Source of the DNA: Chloroflexota bacterium
GTDB taxonomy: Bacteria; Chloroflexota; Anaerolineae; Anaerolineales; UBA11579
Assembly (NCBI GenBank): GCA_016191875.1
Contig: JACPVG010000013.1
Location: 25,715 to 89,714 of the forward strand
Direction of reading: 5' to 3'
Length of the DNA: 64,000 nucleotides
Positions 42,771 to 52,528 of this stretch are shown here, piece after piece (position 1 is the stretch's first letter; the number at the start of each line of letters is the position of its first letter). A program made the translations under genes and the position numbers. The notes under the pieces were generated by a model. The model did no database searches. It was not told where the DNA came from and saw nothing but the letters and a program-made list of their open reading frames with translations.

Positions 42771-45581
42771 ATGACGCGAGCCAACCTCCAACCCCTTCGC
42801 AGTATTCTGCTCTTATCGCTGATTCTGAGTTCCTGTGTGCCTGTCAAAGAAGAAGCGCGGACCCCCCTCCCTCCGGCCGCCTCGCCGACGGGGGAAACCC
42901 CGTCGCCCACGGCTGGCGTTTCTCCTTCGCCGACCGTGCCTGCCCAGGTATATCTAAGCGACCTCGCTCCCGTTCAGGCCCATACCGGCCTGGGGAGCCT
43001 GGGCCGGGGGGAATATCCGGAAGAGTCGGGGCGGAGCGGCGAGATCACCGCTCACGTGCGCAAGTTCCCGCATGGGTTGTTTGCGCATGCCCCCTCGCTT
43101 GTCACCTACGACCTCGGCGGTCGTTACGCAGGGCTGGATTTTTCCATCATGATGCAACAAGACGTGAATTGCGGAGACGGGGTGATCTTTGCGGTCTTTG
43201 TGGATGATATGCTGGCTTTTGTGAGCGAACCGGTTCATGCGCTGTCGCAACCAAAGGAATTTTCCCTGGATGTCAGCGGAGCGCAATGGCTGACGCTGGT
43301 CACTTCGGAGATCTCGAACACGGACTGCGACTGGTCCATTTGGGGAGACCCCGTCCTTTCAGCAGCAGCGGGAGAAGTAGCCGGAATTACGCCGACGCCC
43401 AACGCAGACCTGCCATGCCCCTCAGGGGACAGCCCGAACAGCTACCTGTTCCTGGATTGCAGTGACATCCACCGGATTCGCGCACAGATCGCAGCAGAGC
43501 AGGGCGACCTACGCGACCTGTGGCTGCACCTCAGGTCAACCGTATTCAATACCCTGACCGCATTCCCGACGGACTATGACCCGCAAAACAGTGGAGCGGA
43601 CGTCATCTGGTGGGGGGCGGGCAATTATGTGCTGCGCGATGTGGCGTTGGTCTACCTGGTCACGGGGGACGGCATGGCGGGCGAAGGCCTGGCGAAATTC
43701 CTGAGGCTGGTTCGCGAGAACGTCCCCGGCGGGGTGATGATGACGCATCCGGCGCACGGCGAGGTGCTCGTGCAGTCCATCGTGTTCGGGTACGTCGTCG
43801 CACGCCAACACGGCCTGATGACCGATGAGGAGATCGCGGACTATGATCGGTTCTTCATGCGCCAGGCGGAGTACTATGAAAACTGGGCCATGGAGAACGG
43901 GAACTTCGTTTCGGTTGACAGCGGGGTGAACCGCAACACCATCGTCGGCGCGAACATCTCGGCGGGCACCATCGCGCTGGCCTTTCCGAATGAGCCCTCC
44001 ATGCAGGCGCTGTTGGAGCGGGTGCGCCCGCGCCTCGAATGGCAGATCAGCGAGTGGTGGGAGGTGGACGGGGGCTGGGGGGAGAATACGGAGTGGTATG
44101 GTTACCGCGTGATGGAGGGCCTGCTTCTTTTAGCCGAAAGCCTGCGGAAGGCGAGCGGCGGCGACATGTTCACGCAGGCCTATAACGGGCGAACGCTTGG
44201 CCTTATCTGCGGGTACTTCTTGAACAGCATGACACCGGAGGGCGATGTCATCGCCCTGAACGACAGTGGCTACGGGCAGGTGGATCCCGGGGTATTCCTG
44301 CTCTGCGCGGCCCGGACGCGCAACACAGCCCTGCTGTTTGCGCATCTACGCTACCTGGAAGGCAGGTTCAGTGCTTTCGAGCGGGACAATTCTCGCGATG
44401 TGACTTCCTTTGAAACGATTGCCTGGGCCGGTCTGAGCGACGAGACACCGACCGAGCCGGGATTTCTATCCCTCGAAATGACGGGGACGGGGTTGAACGT
44501 CTTCCGCAGCGGGTGGGACGAAAAGGCCCAATTCCTGGCCGTCCAATACACCAGTTCAAGGATTCACAACGAGGACTCGTTTGCAGATGTGTACCTGTAC
44601 GACCGCGGGCCGTGGATTGTGGGGAACGGATACTTCTTTCCCGGCCAGGATTACCAGGCCGGGCATCCCACGGACCAGCACTCCACACTGGGATTGGATT
44701 ATCGGAACCAGGGCACCCCGGGCGGCACTTCACTTGCCTTTGCCGACCTGGGGAATACGGGAATCACCGCGGTCACGCATTTGAGCTACCCCGGACTGCT
44801 GCATACCCGCACTATCCTCTGGATTAAGCCCTGGCACCAATGGCTGGTGGTGGACGAGGCCGAGCTGTTGAACTCCGGCCAGCATAGCCTGCAACTGCGC
44901 TGGTACGTGCGCGGCGATGTCGATTCGCGCCAGGACAACGCCTGGGTTTTCAGTCGCGCAGCAAACCTCGATCGGTTGCACGTCACGTTGTTACCCGGAT
45001 TGGAGGCAACCTACACGAAGATCGAAAGGCAATATCCGTATATTGAGTGGATTGTGGATGCCGTTGGGGTCCTGATGGACCTGGAATATCCAGGGAAGCC
45101 AATTCGACTGGTTTCGAGCCTGACCAGCGTGGCCGGCGACGGCGATGGTCCGGCGGTCACCCGCCTTGACGAGGACGGCGGGACGCGCATTACCGGCGTG
45201 CGCGGGGATGAGAACTGGGAATGGCTGTTCCACCAGACGGGCGCGGCGTCGTCGAACGTGGGAGGCTACGAGTTCGAGGGGCTGGCGGCCTGCGCGAACT
45301 CCCGCAGCGGGACGCTGAATGGATACTGCCTGATGGATGGGACGACGCTATCCAGCGCGGGGACGCTGTGGGTTCTGTCGGACCTGCCTGTTTACCTGGA
45401 GGCGGACTTCGCTGCCCAGCTGGTCACGCTCCGGGCGCTTGAGCCGGTCACAGTGACTTTCATCTGGAACCAGCCGGTGCAGGGGATCCGCCTGGATGGT
45501 GAGGCAATCCAGTTCGACCAGGATGCAGAATGGACCACGGTCTCCGTTCCGGCCGGGCAGCATGTGCTGACCATCGAGTGA
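42771..45581 (+). CDS. Lipoprotein with an N-terminal NPCBM-like carbohydrate-binding module and a heparinase II/III-like (polysaccharide lyase-like) region
   Basis: Start chosen at ATG 42771 (MTRANLQPLRSILLLSLILSSC lipobox). NPCBM-like segment: YLSDLAPVQAHTGLGSLGRG...HGLFAHAPSLVTYDL...CDWSIWGDPVL. The remainder resembles heparinase II/III family proteins (a weaker call). Confidence 0.6.
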   Translation: MTRANLQPLRSILLLSLILSSCVPVKEEARTPLPPAASPTGETPSPTAGVSPSPTVPAQVYLSDLAPVQAHTGLGSLGRGEYPEESGRSGEITAHVRKFPHGLFAHAPSLVTYDLGGRYAGLDFSIMMQQDVNCGDGVIFAVFVDDMLAFVSEPVHALSQPKEFSLDVSGAQWLTLVTSEISNTDCDWSIWGDPVLSAAAGEVAGITPTPNADLPCPSGDSPNSYLFLDCSDIHRIRAQIAAEQGDLRDLWLHLRSTVFNTLTAFPTDYDPQNSGADVIWWGAGNYVLRDVALVYLVTGDGMAGEGLAKFLRLVRENVPGGVMMTHPAHGEVLVQSIVFGYVVARQHGLMTDEEIADYDRFFMRQAEYYENWAMENGNFVSVDSGVNRNTIVGANISAGTIALAFPNEPSMQALLERVRPRLEWQISEWWEVDGGWGENTEWYGYRVMEGLLLLAESLRKASGGDMFTQAYNGRTLGLICGYFLNSMTPEGDVIALNDSGYGQVDPGVFLLCAARTRNTALLFAHLRYLEGRFSAFERDNSRDVTSFETIAWAGLSDETPTEPGFLSLEMTGTGLNVFRSGWDEKAQFLAVQYTSSRIHNEDSFADVYLYDRGPWIVGNGYFFPGQDYQAGHPTDQHSTLGLDYRNQGTPGGTSLAFADLGNTGITAVTHLSYPGLLHTRTILWIKPWHQWLVVDEAELLNSGQHSLQLRWYVRGDVDSRQDNAWVFSRAANLDRLHVTLLPGLEATYTKIERQYPYIEWIVDAVGVLMDLEYPGKPIRLVSSLTSVAGDGDGPAVTRLDEDGGTRITGVRGDENWEWLFHQTGAASSNVGGYEFEGLAACANSRSGTLNGYCLMDGTTLSSAGTLWVLSDLPVYLEADFAAQLVTLRALEPVTVTFIWNQPVQGIRLDGEAIQFDQDAEWTTVSVPAGQHVLTIE

Positions 45582-45586
45582 CAAAC

Positions 45587-45618
45587 AAAAAACCGGATGG
45601 CTGGCGCGTCCGGTTTTG
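45587..45618. terminator. Bidirectional terminator between the lipoprotein gene and tRNA-Asp
   Basis: aaaaccgga 45589-45597 / tccggtttt 45609-45617. Confidence 0.65.
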
Positions 45619-45625
45619 GTCTTTC

Positions 45626-45704
45626 TGGCGGTCCCGACGGGATTTGAACCCGCGATCTCCGCCTTGACAGGGCGGCATGTTAAGCCAAGCTACACCACGG
45701 GACC
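45626..45704 (-). tRNA. tRNA-Asp (anticodon GTC), CCA encoded
   Basis: The reverse complement folds as GGTCCCG-TG-GTGT-AGCTTGGCTTA-ACAT-G-CCGCC-CTGTCAA-GGCGG-AGATC-GCGGG-TTCAAAT-CCCGT-CGGGACC-G-CCA. Confidence 0.9.
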
Positions 45705-45849
45705 GAGCCGGAAAATCTTACCACGAGGGTACCCCTCCGTCAAGCATGCGCGGCGAACACGCCCCGCCGCGCCGCCCGCCACTTGCCGGGCGGTGGGCGG
45801 CTGGTTATACTTATCCGCGCTGCAGGCGGCTGCGGCCCAGGCGAGCGCC

Positions 45850-48060
45850 ATGGAACTTACAACCATCCTCGAATCCCTGCCCGACTATTATTCCCCGGCC
45901 GACGTGGAACTGATCGAACGCGCCTACCGGGTGGCGGAGCAATCCCATCGCGGCCAGAAACGCGCCTCTGGTGAGGATTACATCAACCACTGTCTGGCGG
46001 TGGCCCAGATCCTGGCGGACCTGCGCGTCCCGGCCGAGGTGGTGGCGGCGGGCCTGCTGCACGACACGGTGGAGGATACGCCGGTCAAGATCGAGGACAT
46101 CCAGCGCGATTTCGGCGAGGAGATCGCCCGGCTGGTGGACGGCGTGACCAAACTGGATACTCTGCCGCGCGTCTCGCGCAGCGACAACGGCGCCATCAGC
46201 GTGGCGGATGAAGCCGCCGAGCGCGCCAGAGAGAAGAGCCGCAAGGCAGAACTGGCCAACGAGACCCTGCGCAAGACCTTCCTGGCGATGGGCGAAGACG
46301 TGCGGGTGGTCATCATCAAACTCGCCGACCGGCTGCACAACATGCGCACGCTGGGCTACATGCCGGACGACAAGCGCCGCCGGATTGCCAAGCAGACGCA
46401 GGAGATCTTCGCGCCGTTGGCCTCGCGCCTGGGCATCTGGCAGTTGAAATGGGAATTGGAAGACCTGTCTTTCCGCTACAGCGACCCGGAGACCTATAAG
46501 GAAATCGCCCGCAGTCTGGCAGAACGCCGCAGCCAACGCGAGACGCAGATGGCGCGCATCGTTGAGCAATTGCAGGACCTGCTGGAGAAGAATGGCATCC
46601 AGAGTGAGGTCTCCGGCCGGCCAAAACATATTTACTCGATCTTCAAGAAGATGTACCGCAAAGGGGTGGCCTTCGATCAGTTGCACGACGTGCGCGCCGT
46701 GCGCATCATCGTGCTGGACGTGCCGACCTGCTACAGCGTGCTGGGGCTGATCCATATCCACTGGCGGCCGATCCCCGGCGAGTTCGATGACTACATCGCG
46801 TCGCCCAAGGACAACTTCTACCAGAGCTTGCATACGGCGGTGATGTACGAGGACGGCAAAACGCTGGAAGTGCAGATCCGCACGGTGGAAATGCATGAGA
46901 ACGCCGAGTACGGCATCGCCGCTCACTGGCGCTACAAAGAGGGCAAGGCCCGCGACGAGCACTACGAGCGGCGCGTGGTCTACCTGCGCCAGCTGATGGA
47001 CTGGATCCAGGATGTGGATGACACCGGCGATTTCGTTGACGGCCTCAAGACCGATGTGTTTGGCGACCGGGTGTATGCCTTCACGCCCGCCGGGGACATC
47101 ATCGACCTGCCGGCCGGCGCCACGCCGATCGACTTTGCCTACCACGTCCACACCGAGGTCGGGCATCGCTGCCGGGGCGCAAAGGTGAACGGCAAACTCG
47201 TGGCGCTGGATACCGTGCTAAAGACCGGCGATAAGGTCGAGATCCTTACGGCCAAGCGCGGCGGCCCCAGCCGGGACTGGCTGAACGCCAACCTTGGGCT
47301 GGTGCGCACCAACCGGGCGCGCTCCAAGGTGCGGTACTGGTTCAAGCGCCAGGATATCGAACAGAACGTGAGCCAGGGCAAGGCGCAATTGGAGCGGGAA
47401 CTTCGCCGCCTGGGGCTGGGCGAGGTTAACCTGGATAAACTCGCCAGGGACTTCAGTTTCAAAGCCGCCGAGGACCTGTTCCTGGCCATCGGTATCGGCG
47501 ATATCAACATCAGCCGGGTGGTCAACTACCTGACGATCAGCGAAAAAACGCAGGACGATTTCGCCGACCTGCCGCCTTACCTGAGAGACGGCGGAAAACC
47601 GGAGAGCGTAACCTTTGGCGGCGAGGGCGTGGCCGTCCAGGGACTGAAAGGCCTGCTCACCACGATGGCGAAATGCTGCAACCCGGCCCCCGGCGACGAG
47701 ATCGTCGGCTACATCACGCGCGGGCGCGGCGCCACGATCCACCGCCAGGACTGCCCCAACGTGCTGCGCGCCCGCGACCGCGAGCGCCTGGTGCGGGTGA
47801 CCTGGGGCGAACCCAAAACCACCTACCCGGTGGCGGTGCGCATCCAGGCCTACGACCGGGATGGGTTGCTACGCGACGTCTCGACCCTGATCTCCGAAGA
47901 AAGCATCAACATGAGCCAGGTAAAGGTGGATGTGAAAGAAAACCGGGCTGTGTTCGACCTGACGCTGGAAGTTGGCAACATCAGCCAGCTCAGCCGGGTG
48001 CTTTCCAAACTGGAAAACCTGCCGAACGTGATGGAAGCCCGGCGCGTGAAGCCAGGATAA
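45850..48060 (+). CDS. relA: Bifunctional (p)ppGpp synthetase/hydrolase (RelA/SpoT homolog)
   Basis: Start at ATG 45850 (MELTTILES). It has the HD domain (HRGQKRASGEDYINHCLAVA..LLHDTVEDT), the synthetase domain (RPKHIYSIFKKM, DVRAVRIIV, YQSLHT), and TGS and ACT regions. Confidence 0.95.
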   Translation: MELTTILESLPDYYSPADVELIERAYRVAEQSHRGQKRASGEDYINHCLAVAQILADLRVPAEVVAAGLLHDTVEDTPVKIEDIQRDFGEEIARLVDGVTKLDTLPRVSRSDNGAISVADEAAERAREKSRKAELANETLRKTFLAMGEDVRVVIIKLADRLHNMRTLGYMPDDKRRRIAKQTQEIFAPLASRLGIWQLKWELEDLSFRYSDPETYKEIARSLAERRSQRETQMARIVEQLQDLLEKNGIQSEVSGRPKHIYSIFKKMYRKGVAFDQLHDVRAVRIIVLDVPTCYSVLGLIHIHWRPIPGEFDDYIASPKDNFYQSLHTAVMYEDGKTLEVQIRTVEMHENAEYGIAAHWRYKEGKARDEHYERRVVYLRQLMDWIQDVDDTGDFVDGLKTDVFGDRVYAFTPAGDIIDLPAGATPIDFAYHVHTEVGHRCRGAKVNGKLVALDTVLKTGDKVEILTAKRGGPSRDWLNANLGLVRTNRARSKVRYWFKRQDIEQNVSQGKAQLERELRRLGLGEVNLDKLARDFSFKAAEDLFLAIGIGDINISRVVNYLTISEKTQDDFADLPPYLRDGGKPESVTFGGEGVAVQGLKGLLTTMAKCCNPAPGDEIVGYITRGRGATIHRQDCPNVLRARDRERLVRVTWGEPKTTYPVAVRIQAYDRDGLLRDVSTLISEESINMSQVKVDVKENRAVFDLTLEVGNISQLSRVLSKLENLPNVMEARRVKPG

Positions 48061-48070
48061 GGATGCCCTG

Positions 48071-49306
48071 ATGCTCCCGGTCCAAGAAGCCCGGCGGCGC
48101 CTGCTGGCCGGCCTGACGCCATTGACGGAACGCGAACGCGTGCCGCTGGCCGCTGCCCTGGGGCGGGTGCTGGCCGCGCCGGTGACGGCCGAGGTCGATT
48201 CGCCGGCCTTCGCCAACTCGAGCATGGATGGCTTTGCCGTGCGGGCTGAAGACATCGCCGCGGCCAGCCCGGATGCGCCCACCGCGCTCAGTGTGGTGGG
48301 CGATGCGCCAGCCGGGCAGATGCCCCAGGCGGCGGTGGGGCCCGGTACGACGGTGCGCATCATGACCGGCGCGCCACTGCCGCAGGGGGCGGATACGGTC
48401 GTGCCAGTGGAACTAACGGATGTGCGCGACCGCTCGGCGGGGGCCAGTCTGCCGCAACGTGTGGCAATCCAGCGTGCTCTTGCGGCTGGAGCCTACGTGC
48501 GCGGCCGGGGGGAAGATTTCGCCGCCGGGCAAGCGGTGCTGCCGGCAGGGCGGCGGCTGCGGCCGCAGGAGATCGGTCTGTTGGCGATGCTCGGCCGCGC
48601 CCAGGTGGAGGTGTTTCGGCAACCGCGCCTGGCCGTCCTGGCGACCGGGGACGAACTTGTGGCGGTGGAGCAGCCCCTGGCGGCCGGGATGATTCACGAT
48701 AGCAATTCGCACACGCTGGCGGCGTTGGCAATCTCCTGTGGGGCCGAGGTGACCCGTTTGGGCATCGCGCCGGATGACGCGGATGCCATCCGGGCGCGGC
48801 TGGACGAAGCGGCCGCGGGCGGGGCGGACCTCATCCTGACTTCGGCAGGGGTGAGCGTGGGTTCCTATGATTATGTGCGCAAGGTGCTGGAGACCGACGG
48901 CGAACTGGATTTCTGGCGGGTGAACATGCGCCCGGGCAAGCCGCTGGCGTTCGGGCGCTACCGCGGCGTGCCGCTGGTTGGCCTGCCGGGCAATCCGGCA
49001 TCGACCTTTGTGGGCTTCGAAGTTTTCCTGCGACCGGCGCTGCATCACTTGAGCGGCGAGCGCGGCTGGACGCGCCCGACCCTACGAGCCGCGTTGGCCG
49101 AGACGGTCGAATCGGATGGGCGCGAGAGTTATTTGCGGGCGCAACTGCGGGTCGGCGAAGACGGCCGCCTGGAGGCCCTGCTGGCCGGGCACCAGGGGTC
49201 GGGCAACCTGTATGGCCTGGCTCAGGCGGATGCGCTCATCGTGCTCCCGGCCGGGGTACAATCCCTGCCGGCAGGCAGTATGGTGGATGCCTGGCCCCTG
49301 CTGTAG
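48071..49306 (+). CDS. moeA: Molybdopterin molybdenumtransferase MoeA
   Basis: NSSMDGFAV, TGAPLP..ADTVV, SAGVSVGSYDYV and GLPGNPAS. Confidence 0.9.
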   Translation: MLPVQEARRRLLAGLTPLTERERVPLAAALGRVLAAPVTAEVDSPAFANSSMDGFAVRAEDIAAASPDAPTALSVVGDAPAGQMPQAAVGPGTTVRIMTGAPLPQGADTVVPVELTDVRDRSAGASLPQRVAIQRALAAGAYVRGRGEDFAAGQAVLPAGRRLRPQEIGLLAMLGRAQVEVFRQPRLAVLATGDELVAVEQPLAAGMIHDSNSHTLAALAISCGAEVTRLGIAPDDADAIRARLDEAAAGGADLILTSAGVSVGSYDYVRKVLETDGELDFWRVNMRPGKPLAFGRYRGVPLVGLPGNPASTFVGFEVFLRPALHHLSGERGWTRPTLRAALAETVESDGRESYLRAQLRVGEDGRLEALLAGHQGSGNLYGLAQADALIVLPAGVQSLPAGSMVDAWPLL

Positions 49307-49335
49307 AAACCAGTTCTCTCTGAGGCAACCCGGAC

Positions 49336-49767
49336 ATGAACGCTAACCTTGTACGCCGCCTGTCCATCCTGATAGCGGGTATCGGCCTGGTCGACTCCGC
49401 CTACCTGGCGTGGATCAAACTCAGCAACAACGAGATCCTGTGCGCCGGAATCGGCGAGTGCGATGTGGTGAACTCCAGCATCTACGCCGAGATCGGCGGC
49501 ATTCCCATCGCGCTGCTGGGCGCGGCGGCCTATGCGTTCCTGATCTTCCTCTATATCGTCGAGACGCGGGCTGGCTTCTGGGCCGACAACGCCGGCATCC
49601 TGAATTTCGGATTGACCCTTGCGGGCGTGCTCTATTCAGCGTATCTTACGTATATCGAAGTGGCGGTCTTGAAAGCCATCTGCCCGTTCTGCGTGGTCTC
49701 AGCAGTGGCGATGCTGGCGCTGTTCGTCCTGGCTGTGTGGCGCATGCTGGCCGCCCCTCCTGATTGA
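49336..49767 (+). CDS. Vitamin K epoxide reductase (VKOR) family membrane protein
   Basis: 4 TM, a loop Cys pair CAGIGEC and the active-site CPFC. Confidence 0.85.
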   Translation: MNANLVRRLSILIAGIGLVDSAYLAWIKLSNNEILCAGIGECDVVNSSIYAEIGGIPIALLGAAAYAFLIFLYIVETRAGFWADNAGILNFGLTLAGVLYSAYLTYIEVAVLKAICPFCVVSAVAMLALFVLAVWRMLAAPPD

Positions 49768-49792
49768 AACCCTGGCCGGAAAGGAGAAGGCA

Positions 49793-50029
49793 ATGCCCCG
49801 AATCCGATGTTTTTACGAAGACTGTATCCACCTGGACAAGGGTTTTTGCAGCGCGCTGCTGATCGAACTGGATCCGGATGATGGCTGCCTGACCTTCTCA
49901 GATGACCCGGCCGACCTGGTGGTGCCGGCCGCGCCGGAGGAACTGGAAGAAGAAGTCGAGGAATCGTGGGATGAGGAGGGCTTTGCCGAACTGGAGGACC
50001 TTGACCTGGAGGAGGACGAGGATTTTTGA
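49793..50029 (+). CDS. Small protein with an N-terminal Cys-containing (DUF1540-like?) segment and a highly acidic tail
   Basis: MPRIRCFYEDCIHLDKGFCSALLIELD..., then EELEEEVEESWDEEGFAELEDLDLEEDEDF. Confidence 0.5.
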   Translation: MPRIRCFYEDCIHLDKGFCSALLIELDPDDGCLTFSDDPADLVVPAAPEELEEEVEESWDEEGFAELEDLDLEEDEDF

Positions 50030-50103
50030 CCGCTTCGCAGGAGGGGACCCGATTGCGTGAGGATTTCGGTTGCCGATTTGAATTGCGAAACAGGGTCTGA
50101 TTG

Positions 50104-50109
50104 TATAAT
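50104..50109 (+). promoter_or_regulatory. Strong -10 box (TGTATAAT context) upstream of a ~170-nt structured leader
   Basis: TATAAT 50104-50109, preceded by TG. TTGAAT/TTGCGA candidates at 50078-50088 have non-ideal spacing. Confidence 0.45.
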
Positions 50110-50287
50110 GGTTCAGTCATACGTAGTTGGCCGTAAGACTTTTGACTTACGTCGGAGAGGAACAGCGGCCAACTACTACAGTAGCTCACAGGCAATTACG
50201 AGGAGAATCACGCTGAAAAGTCGGAGTCCTTTGCAAAAAGACTTTCGGTGAGTTACTTCACACTCAATCGATACCACGGCATTTTCC

Positions 50288-52252
50288 ATGGATGCAGCGA
50301 GCAAACAGGAACTCAAACGAGCCTACGCCTATCTGAAGTCCGGCGACCGCAAGTCGGCCAGCCAGATTCTGGTCAGCCTGCTCAAGCACGATTCAGAGAT
50401 CGAAGAGGCCTGGCTGCTGCTCAGCCTGGCGGTGGACGACCGCAACCGCCAGGTGTATGCCTTGCAGCAGGTATTGCGCCTCAACCCGGATAACGCCAAA
50501 GCGCGTGACCGGTTGGCGGGCCTGACCGGCGCGCCCAGCGCCCCGCCGGCGCGCCCAACCGCGCAGCCTGAACCCGCCTATGGCAGGGAAGACGCCGAAG
50601 ATGATGCGCCTTTTGACAGCAGCGAAGGCGACCTGCTCTCCTCGCGACTGTTCGGCGAAGCCGCGCCGGCCGGCGCGGGCGGCTTCAGCGAGGAGCCAGC
50701 CGAAGAGGACGATCAGCCATTTGAGCCCATCGAGCCGGAAGCCCCGAGCAAGAAAGAGCGCCGCCCGAAGCGCGAACGCCAGCCGGGCGGGCGCCGCCGG
50801 CTGATGCCGCTTGTGCTGCTGGTCCTGTTATTGGTCATTCTATTGGGCGGCGGATATTTCGCCTGGACGAGCGGGCTGCTGGCGAGTATCCTGCCGCAGG
50901 GCGGCGGTGAACCGGGCCCGGGGCCGAGCGCAACCGCCACGGCCGCCGAGCCGGAATTCGCCCTGCCGCCGACCTGGACGCCGACCGTGTTCGTCACCGC
51001 CACGCCGACCCACACGCTCACGCCTTCCCCGTTGCCTTCGCCCACCTCGTTGAACGAGGTGCTGCCGGCCAGCGTGCAGGAACGCGTTGTGACGCTGGAC
51101 GCCCAGGTGGCGAGCGTGCGCGGTATCACCGCCGTGCCGGAGATCGGCCGGGCGCTGGTCTCGCAGTCGGCGCTGGAAGAACTGGTGCGCGCCCGGATGC
51201 AGGATGATGCCTTCTTCCGCCGCTCGGGCGATATTACCCACATCTACGCCACGTTCGGGCTGATCTTCCCGGGCGCCAACCTGCACACCTATTATGCCAA
51301 TTCCCAGGTGCAGCCGTTCGGCGGGCTGTTTGCGCCGGAAGGCAATGCGCTTTACCTGGTGGCGCTGAATTTTGAGGCGCGCCACGAATATGCCTACGCC
51401 CACCTGTACGACCTGGCGCTGATTGATGCGCTGGTGGGCCTGGATGACCTTGGCCTGGCCCCGGATTGCCGCCGCGAGGCGGACGAGTGCCGGGCGTTGA
51501 ACGCCCTGGTGCAGGGTGATGCCACCCTGACGCGCCAACTCTGGGCAACCCGCTACCTGCCTAAAGTGCAAGCCGCCGACGTGCGCGCCCTGGACGACCT
51601 GACGGCTTTCATCGCCGACCTCAACGCGCCGCTGTTTGCCGAGGCTGATCTGCGCTTCCCCTACGTGCAGGGGCTGGCGTTCGTGCAGTCTCTTTACGAC
51701 GAAGGCGGCTGGGAGGCGGTGGATCTGGCCTATACCTCGCCGCCGCTCACGACCGAGCAGATTCTGCATCCGGACAAATACCTGGCGGGCGAACAGGCCG
51801 TGGAAGTCATCGACCCGCTGGTGGGCGCGGCCCTGCCGGGTTGGCGGCTGTTGGAGCAGAGTTCGCTGGGCGAGTGGCTGACGTACCTGGTGCTGGGCTA
51901 CAACGTGCGCGCCGACGCGCCCGTGGGGCTGGAAGCCGCGGCTGCGGCCGCGGCCGGTTGGGGCGGGGATGGCTACCAGGTGTATTATCAGGATTCGACC
52001 AGCCAGACCGCCCTGGCGGCGCACTGGGTTTTTGACACGCCCGAAGACGCCGAGGAATTCGATGCCGCCCTGGCGCTCATGCTCAGCGGCCGGTTCCCCG
52101 GCGCGCCCGCCGAAGCCATCGACGCCATCTGTTACGGCTCCGCGCCGATTGCCTGTACGGCTCTTCTGGATGCCGAGGTGTACTGGCTGATCGCGCCGGA
52201 CGCGGCCAGCATGAACGGAATGCTGGATGCCCTGGGTCTGGGGGGTTCGTAG
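50288..52252 (+). CDS. TPR-containing, single-TM protein with a large extracytoplasmic domain of unknown function
   Basis: N-terminal TPR-like helices (AYAYLKSGDRKSA..EEAWLLLS..ALQQVLRLNPDNAKA), a low-complexity linker, a TM (LMPLVLLVLLLVILLGGGYF), and a C-terminal domain with a degenerate metalloprotease-like HEYAYAH segment. Confidence 0.6.
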   Translation: MDAASKQELKRAYAYLKSGDRKSASQILVSLLKHDSEIEEAWLLLSLAVDDRNRQVYALQQVLRLNPDNAKARDRLAGLTGAPSAPPARPTAQPEPAYGREDAEDDAPFDSSEGDLLSSRLFGEAAPAGAGGFSEEPAEEDDQPFEPIEPEAPSKKERRPKRERQPGGRRRLMPLVLLVLLLVILLGGGYFAWTSGLLASILPQGGGEPGPGPSATATAAEPEFALPPTWTPTVFVTATPTHTLTPSPLPSPTSLNEVLPASVQERVVTLDAQVASVRGITAVPEIGRALVSQSALEELVRARMQDDAFFRRSGDITHIYATFGLIFPGANLHTYYANSQVQPFGGLFAPEGNALYLVALNFEARHEYAYAHLYDLALIDALVGLDDLGLAPDCRREADECRALNALVQGDATLTRQLWATRYLPKVQAADVRALDDLTAFIADLNAPLFAEADLRFPYVQGLAFVQSLYDEGGWEAVDLAYTSPPLTTEQILHPDKYLAGEQAVEVIDPLVGAALPGWRLLEQSSLGEWLTYLVLGYNVRADAPVGLEAAAAAAAGWGGDGYQVYYQDSTSQTALAAHWVFDTPEDAEEFDAALALMLSGRFPGAPAEAIDAICYGSAPIACTALLDAEVYWLIAPDAASMNGMLDALGLGGS

Positions 52253-52351
52253 GGCGCAATCGCCGGGATGGAGCAAAACCCGGTTCAGGCAGAGAACGCT
52301 AAAAAACGCAAAGAAAGACCGCGCCGGGATCCGGCCGTAGGCAGCCCTTTC

Positions 52352-52486
52352 CAGCCGCGTGCGAGTGTCCAGGTCTGGTGGGGTGGGAGTCGACGCTTTA
52401 GCGGAGAACTCGCCCCACACTCGGCTAAAGCCTCGACTCCGATGCAATACCCACGCGAAGGTGGACACTCCAGCCGCGCGCGGCTG
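52352..52486. other. Long nested imperfect hairpin (~135 nt) upstream of tRNA-Met
   Basis: Three nested arm pairs: cagccgcg 52352-52359 / cgcggctg 52479-52486; gagtgtcca 52363-52371 / tggacactc 52462-52470; ggagtcgacgctttagcgg 52386-52404 / cggctaaagcctcgactcc 52422-52440 (17 of 19 paired). TTT follows. Confidence 0.6.
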
Positions 52487-52528
52487 TTTGACACGCTCCC
52501 CAAATCGCGTTAAAATTCCCCGGTTACC

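Noticed and set aside
50057-50251. 64-aa ORF (GTG start) in the 50030-50287 spacer.
   Set aside because: It has no SD, an atypical composition, and overlaps the predicted helices of the structured leader. It was treated as non-coding.
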